64,000 bases of DNA, taken from NCBI GenBank assembly GCA_965112735.1, contig OZ218958.1, positions 62,001 through 126,000 of the forward strand, in the 5' to 3' direction. Every line of letters begins with the position of its first letter. The stretch's first letter is position 1. A program made the position numbers and the translations under genes. Source of the stretch: Phaeosaccion multiseriatum. Lineage: Eukaryota > Protista > Ochrophyta, other classes. The notes beneath the pieces are model-generated. The model was given only the letters and a program-made list of their open reading frames with translations, searched no databases and had not been told where the DNA came from. This document shows, piece after piece, positions 1 through 10,900 of this stretch.

Positions 1-38
<38 letters not shown>

Positions 39-43
39 TAGAC

Positions 44-78
<35 letters not shown>
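1..78. repeat. (GACA)n microsatellite, intronic
   Basis: Direct observation. Confidence 0.9.
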
Positions 79-112
79 TGGCCGGCTTGCTTTAATGCAG
101 GCACCCCCTCAC

Positions 113-2880
113 CTTGAACACCTCGAAGGTCTGCGGGCTCTTGGGTGAGACAGACCAGTCCGCGTACGTCAGCCTCCTCCGCAGGACGCGGTCCTCCCAC
201 TCCTCCTTCTCCCCCGCCTTCTCCTCCCCCCCCTCTCCCTCCTTGCCCTGCTTCTCCTCGTCCTGCTGCTGTGCCACCAGCTGCTCCCCCTTGCCTTGCC
301 CCTCCCCATCGCCGCCCCCCTGGGTCTGGTCTCTCGGCCCTTTGATCTCCCCGAGCAGCGCCAGGAGGGTGGGGAGGTACATTTCGTCTGAGGCGGAAAC
401 CTTCGACATTAGGCTGCTGCACGTGTCTCTCCCGAGCACCTTGGGCACACGCAGGATGTCCTGGGCCACACACACACACACAGACATACATACATACACA
501 CACATACACACACGCGCATACGGACGCATACGGACGCACAGGAGAAAGAGGCATCAGAGGCACAACACACGTACACAGTCACCAACAGCTGTCTGGCTGC
601 TGTCTGGCTGCTGTCTGGCGTGCGAGTCCGCCTACAGAAGAGGGGGAGAGCTCTTCCATGCCCATGCCCATAAGCCTCAACTCAATCCCTGCCTCCCGTT
701 CCTCCCATACCTGCGCGTGTGCCCTTGTGAGGGCCACCCACTGGTCCGCCTTCCACACGCTCTCGGCGGGCACGGCCTTGCTCACCTGTCGGAGGCGAAC
801 GTGCAGGGGAGCAGAGCGGGGGGGTTAGTCACAGTTGGCGCTCAACTTAGAAAGGCGAATTCAGCACCCAAGGCTGGGACCAGTGCGGTACCTTTCCCCA
901 CTGCAGCTGGGCGGCGTAACCGTTCTCGGGCTTGTTGCTGGAGGGGGGGGGGGGCAAGACGGCAAGAGAGAGGGAAGCCGATGAGAAGAGGGAGCGGATA
1001 AAAGCCGGGGGGGGGGGGAGCTCTCCACGCAGTGAGCCACACGTAAGCTTACGTGAAGGTATGAGATGTGAATTGACTCACTCCTCACTCACTCACTCAC
1101 TCACTCACTCACTCACTCACCGGTAGTTGAGCCAGCTGGCCTCCTGCTGCCACAGCTGCCAAGCAGCCTGCGCACGTCAGCCATAGCCACAGACAAAGGG
1201 TAGGGGGGGGGGAGGCCGGGCATTGCAGCAACAGCCAGAGGGGGGGCGGGCAGGGCGGTCACCGAGAGGAAGGCACTAGACGGATGGATGGACGGGTCAA
1301 GCAATATGCGCCAAGTCAGAGGCATTACGACCGGACAACGAGAGACGGCGGACCGTCTCAAGGCCCTGGAAGGCAGCAGACGGTCGAGACCTTCACTCAC
1401 GCACACGCACGCACACACGTACACACCAACAAACATAGTCCCCCATATCCACACACCCACACACCCACACCCACACCCCCCGCTTACCTGTCCCAGCGAT
1501 ACCACGGGCAGGCAAGACTCTGACGCGAACACTATGCGACCGACCTGGGCAGAGGCATATGGGCAGACGAGAGGGACGACAGAGGATGGCTCGTCAGTGC
1601 ACCCAGGGACTGAGACAAGTGAAACGACACGGAGTGAGACTGAGACAAGTGAAGGAAACTGAGATATTATGATAGGAGAGTGGCTCACGCGGGTGGCGAT
1701 TTCAGTGAGTGAGTGAGTGCGTGAGTGAGTGAGTGAGTGCGTGAGTGAGTGAGTGGCCTCGACGGGCCGGGCGGCGCACCCGCTCTCCGCACCAACCTCG
1801 GGGTCCTTTAGGGCTTGCTCCATCAGGTCCAGCATGGCCCGAGTGATCTCTATCGAGCCCCACTTGGGCCTGTAAGTGTGGCCCAACAAGCGCTCCTGAG
1901 GGGGCAAGGAGAGGAGAGGAAAGGGGCGGGCGGAGGGGAAGTCGTGTCATCTTCAGCACTCCTCCTTCGGCAGGGCACGACAGGATGTGATGATTCGAAG
2001 TCATGCCATCGATCGGTCAGAGAGGAAGCGAGCGAGAGCCCCTGTCACTTTCAGCGGGTGCTGCCCTCGGCTCTGCTTGCTCCCACCTCCCTCTCCGTTT
2101 ATTAGACCTGAAACCAATACCAATGGGACAGCTTCCCTCTCGACACCGTACCTTCACCCAGGGGGAGGTGACCTTCTCAGGTAGCTTGGCGTGTACCCAC
2201 ACGCGCACGTCCACACAGCCCCCCGCGGTGCCCTCCGCGTCCTCCATCCACTCCCTCCACAGCGGCTCGTGCGGCAGCTGAAGGAGTTGGGGGAAGGGTG
2301 GAGGGGTGGGGGAGGGGTCAGCGGGTGGGACGGTCAGTCCAGTCCGCCAAGAGGGAAGAGGGAGACGAAGGGATGTTCAGCAAACAGAGCTGCGACCCTC
2401 CTGGGGATTAACAAGGGTTTAAGAAGGCCGAGTTACGCCCCTCCACTCACTCACGTTGTCTATGCTCAAGATGAGCAGGGCCACGACGAGCTTGCCCTCT
2501 CTGCTCCGTCGGGAGGGGAAGGCTGCAGAGGCTTTGCGCTGGGCGCTCCGCCGAGCCTGCACCTTGGCGCTGCTCGGGAAGGCGGTAAGGCGGCGCAATG
2601 ACAAGAGGGGGGGCGAGAGGAGAGCAGGAGGGGAAAGGGGGGGGGAGGGTCGGACGAGAGACAAATGCCCAAGCCAGAGCGAGCGTCCCGACCACAACAC
2701 ACACCATCGCCCAGGACAGGACCCGAGGACCTACATTGCGGCCTTGATCTCGTTCTTCATCTTGTCGTCCTGCGAGGTGGGGATCTTGCTCCTGTCCTGC
2801 TGCATCTTGACGATGGCCTCTCTGTCCACCGCCTTCTTGGCGTGGCTGAGCAGCTCCAGCTGCTGAGAGAAGAGATCCAT
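113..2880 (-). CDS. Core-2/I-branching enzyme-like glycosyltransferase (GT14/Branch family), multi-exon, 3' end beyond window start
   Basis: ATG at 2880 (MDLFSQQLELL). Spliced exons give LVVALLILSIDNLPHEPLWREW, VWVHAK, PKWGSIEITRAMLDLMEQALKD, RIVFASESCLPV, WKADQWVALTRAHA, ASDEMYLPTLL and RRLTYADWS..SPQTF, the ordered conserved motifs of Branch-family GTs. GT-AG introns; last visible donor at 112. Confidence 0.85.
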
Positions 2881-3245
2881 GGGAAAATCTTTAAAATCCC
2901 TCTCTTAAGAAATCAAGTACCTCTCCTGCCCTGAAGAACAGCAGGCCCGCTCCTCCTCCACGCCGTCCTCCTCCTCTTCTCTCTCGCTGCTTATGTATTC
3001 GCTTTTGTGTGTATTGTTTGACTGGGCCGTGCTGTTCCCCCCTCGCAGTTTCAATTTTTCTCCGCCCCTTCACAACCTCTCTCTGACGCTGGGCCGTCGA
3101 GCCCGATTTCTCCATCGTAGAGCTACACAAAGAGCAAGGACTTCACTTCCCTTCTCACGCCTGAAGGCCAAGGCCCCGATGAGATAAGATGACGGAGGGG
3201 GCTTAGCTGCAGGCATCAAATAGGCACAGGGGGCAGAGATAAGTG

Positions 3246-6200
3246 ATGGTCAAAAAGAAATTGGGGGGCAGCAAAAGACATCGACTGTGCCTTCCCCTCT
3301 GTGCGGTGGTGGGCTGCGCTCTGCTCAGTGTCAGTACTGTTCATGGATGGGTGAAGGGCTCAAATCCCAGCAAAGTGTGCAGTAGAGAGATGAGCGGGAA
3401 GGGGATGGACATGAAGGGACAAAGCAGTGATGCGAGCAGCGAGAACAGCAGCAGCATGGGGAGGAGGCGGACTCGAGTATCCGCGGCAGCGACTACAGGA
3501 GAGATAGATAGGAGGAGGCCGGTTTGCAGGCACGTATATCTCTCTCTCTCTTCGCTGCGTGTCCTTGACTGTCTCGAAGGTGTTGCGCGCTTTTGCCGCC
3601 ACTTTCTTTAGGTAGAAGGGGCCCGATGCTTAGACATCGACTGGCCCTGGAGGGGCCATAGATAGGTGTCCTTTTTCGCTCGCTCTGTCTACAGATAGGT
3701 TAAGTGTCCTGTCTCGCTCGCTCTGTCTATGAGGGCAAGAGGAGACAAAGGTCTCTAAACTCGTGTGCGCTGTCTCTGCCTCTCCGCCTGCCTCTTCCCT
3801 CCCTCTCGTCATCCACGTGTCCTCTCCCTACCCTCCCTACCCTCCCCCTCTCTCTGTGTCCAGGTTCGGTGTGATCTCAGACGTGCAGTACGCCGATCAC
3901 GACGTGGGAAAATGCTTCAATGGCAAGGGGAGGTATGTGCCATCTGTGTAGAAGGAACGTCCTGTCATTCTCCTGGGGGCTGTTAGGGAGAGGAGACCTC
4001 AAGTGCTTCCCTCGCTTCGCTTCGGTCTTGACCTCACCTCAGAGAGATGGAAAGGAAGGTACCATAGGAAACGAGGGCACTCATGTGGAGGCAGTGGAGT
4101 ACTCTAACGTCCTCGGCTCTATTCCGAAATGTCCCACAGGTACTACAGAGCGGGGCTGGAAAAGCTCCAAAAAGCCTATTACGACTGGGAGGCGCGCAAT
4201 GTGAGGATACGATACGGCTTGTGATTGATGCTCGACCTCCTTACAGTATGCCTACTGTACTGCTTGTACTGCTTGTGCTGCGAGTGTCTACTGCTGCTGC
4301 CTACTGTTAGGCCTATACGAGGAGGAGGCTACCGCAGCTTCTGCTTGGCTCCACTCCACTAACTGAAGTGGCCTGCTCTGTGCCTGGTGCCTAAACTCTC
4401 TCTCTCCAGGTGGACTTCTCAGTCCATCTGGGCGACATCATCGACGCGGTGAACGTGCACATCAAAGAGGAGGAGGCAGCGCTGGAGCGCGTGTTGAGCG
4501 TCATGGCAAAGAGTCACGTCAAGACACACCACGTCCTGGGAAATCGTGAGTAGTGCAATTGTGGTGCTGTGAGTAGGCCCCCCACCCCGCCCCCAAGCAA
4601 CAGTCTTGCCAAGCAACAGTCTTGCCAAGCCCGTCTTGTCAAGCCCGGCCGTGTGCCTGCCGTGTGCTGCTTTGCACGGCCTGACCTCTGACCCTTAAGT
4701 GCCATCGTGTCGTACCCTCCCCCATCTGCTGCCATCCGCGGATGATCCCCAGACGAGCTCTACGCACTACCCAGGAAGCACCTCAACACAAAGCTCGGCA
4801 TCCACTGCCCCGAGGTGAGAAGGAATGAGGCTAAGGGAGGCTGACGGAGGCTGAGGCTCCTCGTGAGCCCCTCTGAGGACGGCCCTTCCCTTCCCTTCCG
4901 ATATGCCGAGCGATGGATGCTGGATGCCCTCCACCTCCCTCGCCCTCTTCCCCCTTCCCCTTGCCTGTCCCTTGCTCTTGATCTTGCTCGTGCTTGCTCT
5001 TGCTGCCTCTCTCTCACGAGCTCTGTCCCATGGCTGCGCTCCTGTCCTCAAGGAGAGCCTCTGCTCGTATTACTCAGTGACGGCAGGGGAGGGCAGCGTG
5101 CGCCTCGTCATGCTCGACACTTACGACGTGTCCGTTGACGGCCGCCCTGAGGACCACCCCAAGGCGCAGCAGGCCAGGCACATCCTAGACCAAATAAACC
5201 CTAACGAGTAAGTCATTGAGGCTGTCTGCGTCAGGCCATATGTGCGTCCATTGCTGTTGCCAAGCGCCTCGTAGACGTAGTGTGGTGTGGTGTGGGCTAC
5301 GCACCCACTCGCACTCACTCGCACTCACTCACGCCCCGCCCCCTCGTTTCCCCTGCAGGAACAAGAACTGCCCCATCGAGCTTCAAGGCAACATGCGGCG
5401 CTTCGTCAAGTTCGGGGGCGGCGTGGGTCAGGTACTCGACAGCGCGACATTCTGCATCGATGCCGACATTCTGTGTCGATACCGACATTCTGTGTGTTGT
5501 TGCCAGTGCAGAGCTTGCTAGCAACCTACCCTGCTACACTGCGCTGGCGTCCGCCTTGGCTCCCATGCCCGTATGCCTGACCTTCCTTGACTTGCCGTGT
5601 CCTATGGCCCTTCCCTACCCTTCCCTACCCTACCCTGCCCTCGCTGCTCTGCCCATATGCCTGCCTCAGTTCCAGTTGCGGTGGCTTCGGTCGGTGCTTG
5701 CTGACGCTCGCCAGTTGGGGCAGCAGGTGGTGATATGCAGTCACCAACCCCTTGATCCTGAAGTCGTGGACCCTATCTGCGTGTGCTGGAATTACGATCA
5801 GGTGAGGTAAAGAGGGATTCGGTGGGTCGGAAGGCAGGGAGGGTCAGCAACGGTCGGTAGGCAGGGAGGGAGGGTCAGCAGCGGCGAGGGCAAGGGCAGG
5901 GCAAGGCAGGGGTCTGATGTGATGAGAGGGCTGCCGCGGTTACAATTGAGCATATGATACGTCTTTCGAGTGATTGAATGAATGGCTTCTCGAACGATTG
6001 AATGAATGACTTCTCGAATGATTGAATGAATGGCTTCTCGAATGATTGAATGAATGGCTTCGCTTCTCGACACTTCCCTGATGCAATGGTGCGATGCTGC
6101 GACATGAAGTGAAGTGCTGCCTCCTCACTCACGTACGCGTCGCACTGCCCGACTCCCCCGTGCCATGGATGGCAATGGATGGCAATGGATGGCAGGTGAT

Positions 6201-7073
6201 GGCGGTGGTGCACGAGTACAGCGACACCGTGTTGGCCTGCCTCTCTGGCCACGCTCACCAGGTGCGTGGAGGGTCTTGCCCTGGGCTGGGGCCTTGCTCT
6301 TGCTTGGGACTGGGCTGGGGCCTTGCTCTTGCTTGGGACTGGGGCGTTTGCTTCGGTCCGTCCCTCCCATCAGAGGAGAGGACGTGTTTCTCTTCCTCTG
6401 CCTCTATGCCTCTAGTATGTGGGTGGGTGTCACGGTCTTCTCATCCCTCCTCACCCCCTCCCTCCCTCCCTCCCTCCTCAAACAACGCATTACAGGGAGC
6501 GAAGCGCGTTGACGAGAAAGACATCCTCCACTACGTGTGTGAAGGTGAGGAGTACGGATTCAGTGTATTAGACCCTACCCAAGACCACTAAAAGTCGAGA
6601 TCGAAATGATTACTCGAGATGGAATCCTTGACCTTGACTGCAGGGCACAATGGTCTGTGTGAGCTGACACGCGCCCACACACGCGCCCACACACGCGCCC
6701 ACTCCCTTCTCCTTCCCACTCTCATCGACTCTCAGGCGTCATAGAGACCAAGACAAAGGCGTGTCACGGCACGGTGGAGGTGGGGGGGGGCTGGATCAGA
6801 GTCTTGGGCAGGGGCTCGGTGGCGAGCGTGGAGCATCTGAAAGCAGCCAGCGTAGTGGGAGGGGGGGAGGGAGAGGATGGGGAGGGAGAGCCAGTAGAGG
6901 GGAAAATACACAGCGAGACGCCAGTAGAGGGGCATGAGCCGCCAGTAGAGGTGGAACAGACCCGCAAGCTATCCAGCAAGAGCGCTGGGGGGGAAGAGGA
7001 GGAAGAAGAGGAGAAGGACGAGGACGAGGAGGAGGAGAAGGAGGGAGAGGTGAAGACGCGCAGGAGGCGCTGA
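3246..7073 (+). CDS. ADPRM: Mn-dependent ADP-ribose/CDP-alcohol diphosphatase (calcineurin-like metallophosphoesterase), ~11 exons
   Basis: Spliced motifs FGVISDVQYAD, RYYRAGLEKL, HLGDIID, VLGNHELY, LDTYDVS, NPNENKNCP, RRFVKFGGGVG, SHQPL, WNYDQV, LSGHAHQG, GVIET. First intron has a GC donor at 3530; acidic C-terminal tail. Confidence 0.92.
5965..6060. repeat. 24-bp intronic tandem repeat x4
   Basis: Unit tctcgaatgattgaatgaatggct in an ADPRM intron. Confidence 0.85.
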
Positions 7074-7324
7074 AGAGAGCGCAGCGCAGCAAGAAAGAAA
7101 AGCGCAAGCAGCGAGGATAGAGGATGGTTGATGCAGGAGACACAGGCAGGGGGGAAATACCCTCCCTCACCCCCCCGGTCAGTGACCATCTTTAATTAAA
7201 GGCGAGGACCCTCTTTATTTAATTGGCACTCTATTCGGCTCCAGACACGCCTATGGTAGCGCCTAGCGGCCTAGCGCTTAGCGGCCTAGGCTTATTGTTT
7301 TGGGAAATTAGGCGGCCTACATGA

Positions 7325-7499
7325 TCGACCCCTGACACACTATCGCCCACATTCTCGATAGCGCGCTATCGATAGCGGATAGCGTGCCGGCTGGCGCCGG
7401 CCGATAGCGGATAGCGCGCCGGCTGGCGCCGGCCGATAGCGGATAGCGCGCCGGCTGGCGCCGGCGATAGCGGATAGCGGATAGTGTGTCAGGGGTCGA
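7325..7499. mobile_element. MITE-like non-autonomous DNA transposon, copy 1 (175 bp)
   Basis: Perfect 20-bp TIR TCGACCCCTGACACACTATC. Direct repeat ACATGA at 7319-7324 and 7500-7505 (TSD). Internal ~32-bp unit GATAGCGGATAGCGCGCCGGCTGGCGCCGGCC x3. Homologous copy at 26804-27048. Confidence 0.88.
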
Positions 7500-7947
7500 A
7501 CATGAAAAGAGGGAAAAGAGAAAAGAGGGAAGAAATTTTAGTTTCCAGGATACGTACCTAAGAGTAATTTTCTCCTCTTCCACCTCCCTCGCGTGGACGA
7601 CTCTGATTCTTCCCATCGCAGCTCGTAGAGGTCTCCGGCAAGCAGGGGCAGCGACGGGAGCGGCGGAAGAGCCGCAGCCGCAAGCCGCAGGGGCTCACAA
7701 GGCCCCTCCCCAGCATTTCAAAGGCAGTCTCTCAGGGAAGTGTGACCAGCCCTGGCAGCAACAGCTGCCGAGGAAGCAGTAGTAGTGAAGGAAGCGATAG
7801 AGGAGACAGGTAATTGGCGATAGAGGAGGCTGCAATTGGTGACAGAGGAGGCAGCAATTGGCGATACAGGAGGCAGCAATTGGCGATACAGGAGGCAGCA
7901 ATTGGCGCAAGAGAGCCGCTTGGGTAGACGTAATTGCAACGACAGGC

Positions 7948-10900
7948 ATGGATACGGCCACGGGAATCACGTCAGGAACAAAGACAGGGTCTGCGACGAA
8001 AAGCTCTCCGAAGAAAAGCTCTCCGAAGAAAGGAAGAGGCTCTCCCGCGGCCAAGAAGAGGCCCAGGTCAGACGCATCAGACGCATCATCTGCATCCCCC
8101 TCGAGCAGGCATTGGAACGGCCAAGCAGGCCCTTCTACTGAAGCGAGTTCCCGGGGGATGGCAGTGGATGGAGGGGTGGGAGATGGAAGCAGGCTGCAGA
8201 GGAAAAGCAGCGGAAGGCTCCAAGGCTCCCGTGCTGCAGCAACCTCCCCCCCCTCCCGTCTGAGTGCCTCCCGCCTCAGTGGCGCAGAGGCGGACCTGTT
8301 CTTCTCCACAAGCTCCCCTGCAGCCTCTACAGCCTCGCCTGCGTCTGTGGGCAGCGGCAGCCCCAAGTCCCCCAAGTCCCCCCCTTGCAGCGCGTCACGC
8401 AAGAGGCGCAGGCAGGGGGAGGGAGAGCGTCGGGAGGAGGGGAAGGAGGAGGGGAAGGAAGAGCACAGCAGTGACTCGGCCTTTGGTACGGCTAAGGCTC
8501 AACATCGTCGCGGAAACCTCTCTCGAGCCGCAGTGAAGGAGGCCTTCTCGCCCCCCCCGCGGGGAGGTGACGGCAGTTTCAGTGCCAGTGTCAACGCTCG
8601 CACGACTCCCCCGCCGCGTCGCCGCCTCTCTGCGCGTGAGACGAACTCTCCCCACAAGGGAGGAACCACTGCCTCTGCCACTGCCCGTACGCTTCCAACT
8701 ACCCCCTTGGCCCCGATACGCGCTCCGAAGCCTGCCTCGGCGGCGTGCACTCCTCCTCGCTCCCGGGGGGGCGTCTCGCGGAAGGGTGTAAGTCCTGTGT
8801 CTGCTGCTGCGGCTACCCCCCCTGCCCATATGCTTCCACGCGCTGGGGGTGGTCGTGATGAGCGAAGAGGGGGAGGAGGAGGAGGAGGAGGAGGAGGAAG
8901 AAGGCACAATGAGGGCAGCGCTGAGAAGGGCACAGGAAAGAGGACGGGTGGAGAGGGCAGCAACGGTCAAACAGATGCACAGGAGACAAGAGGCAGCAAC
9001 GGTGAAACAGGTGCACAGGAGAGAAGAGGCAGCAACGGTCAAACAGGTGCACAGGAGAGAAGAGGCAGCAACGGTCAAACAGGTGCACAGGAGAGAAGAG
9101 GGAGCGACGGACAAGCTGATGATGAATCCGAAGGCGGCGGAGGTGACTCAGAGTGCTCCACCGCAACGGAGGGGGAGGAGGAGGGGGGGGGGGGGGAGCA
9201 GGAGTGCCGCGACCCCTGTGAGGAATCGAGAGCGCACCCGGGTTGAAAACGGCCACGCGAATGGTGGAAGCATGAACGGCACACGTAAAGCTGGTGCAAG
9301 TACGGACACAGCAGCTGCAAGGACAGACAAGGGGGGGGATAAGGCTGGGCATTTGCATTTGAATTTGCTCGGCCTAGCCTACCCGGCCTCTCCGACGACG
9401 GCCTCTTCTGAGCACTCCGACGACGGCCTGCAGGGCTTGGACGATCTCCCGCCCACACAGCTCGAAGAGGGAGAGGAGGAGGAGGAGGAGGAGGAGGAGG
9501 AGGAGGAGGAGGAGGGGACGGCGGGGCGGGGAGAGGGGGAGGGGGAGGAGGAGGAGGAGGAGGAGGAGACAGAAGAGGAGGAGATGCTGGAGCAAGAGGA
9601 AGGGCACGAGCAGGAGAGGGGTGGGCAGATGGAAGGGCACAATCAGGGTGGGCAGATGGAAGCCGCGGAGGAGGACGGTGACGAGGAGGACGAGGAGGAT
9701 GATGAAGAGGAGGAGAAAGAGGAGCAGAGAGAGGAGGAGAAAGAGGAGCAGAGAGAGGAGGAGAAAGAGGAGCAGAGAGAGGAGGAGAAAGAGGAGCAGA
9801 GAGAGGAGGAGAAAGAGGAGCAGAGAGAGGAGGAGAAAGAGGAGCAGAGAGAGGAGGAGAAAGAGGAGCAGAGAGAGGAGGAGAGAGAGGAGCAGAGAGA
9901 GGAGGAGAAAGAGGAGCAGAGAGAGGAGGAGCAGCTACCTCAAGGCTCATGTGGGGCTGAACCCTCGCCGCCATCGAAGCCGAAAGAGCGTGTGCCCCTC
10001 CCTCTGGCGGCCGAGCTGCAGCGCTGCAGAAGCGTCTTGACAAGGAGATTGGGGTCCTACCGCTGTCCCGTGCCCCCGGGGGGTGGGCGGGGTATTGGCG
10101 CCCCCCTGGGCAGGGAAGCGGAGTACGAGGCGCTGCTGTCTGTACTGGGGCGGACGGTGGTGCACAAGGAGAGCACAAGCGCGCTGTGCATGGGCAGCAG
10201 GGACAGGTGGGTGGGGGAAACGGGCATGAGCATGGGGCACACAATAGGGGGGGGGGCTGAGCTGCTTGGGGGGGGGGCAAGTGAGCCACCCCAAATCCGC
10301 CCGGTGTCTAACCCAAACCCTTGCCCTTGTTCGAGCCCACCCTGAGCCTTATCATAGCCCTGGCACGATACATCTCCTCTCTCTCTGTCTGTCTCTCTCT
10401 CTCTCTGTCTGTCTCTCTCTCCCCTCACACACTTTCCTGCCCTCTCTCCTTCGCCGTGGCTTCCCTCCCTTTGCTTTGCCTTTTGTCCGCTTGCTTCCCC
10501 CTTTCCTCTACCCCGTATGACTGCTTTATCCGCTGCCATCCTCCATCCATCCACTGCCATCTCAGTGGCGTAGTGGAGGTGGTGCAAGCTGTGCTCCGTA
10601 CGCTCAGCGTCAAGGCCAAAGCCCAGGGCGCCACAGTGGGCGGTGTGGAGGGCAGTAAGGCAGTGAGGGTGCGGCAGTCGGCCCCCCCTCCCCTAGTGGT
10701 GGTGCGGCTGAACGGGGCGGTGCAAAGTGATGACTCAGCGGCCTTCAAAGAGATCGTGGCGCAGCTCAGATCCACCGAGTGCGGCAATGTGTCCTTCGCA
10801 GAGTGAGTAGGGAGGGGGGCTGCTTGCTGCGCTTTGCTTTGCTTTGCTTGCTTTGATTTGATTCACACCTTTCCTCTCTCTGTCCGCCCATACGCCTCTC

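Noticed and set aside
7325-7499. MITE as a piggyBac-like element with a TCGA target site
   Set aside because: Independent 6-7 bp direct repeats lie outside the TCGA in both copies, so TCGA is better treated as part of the TIR.
9183-9196. Programmed ribosomal frameshift in ORC4
   Set aside because: A G14 homopolymer with no slippery heptamer or evident stimulatory structure; a sequencing indel is far more likely.
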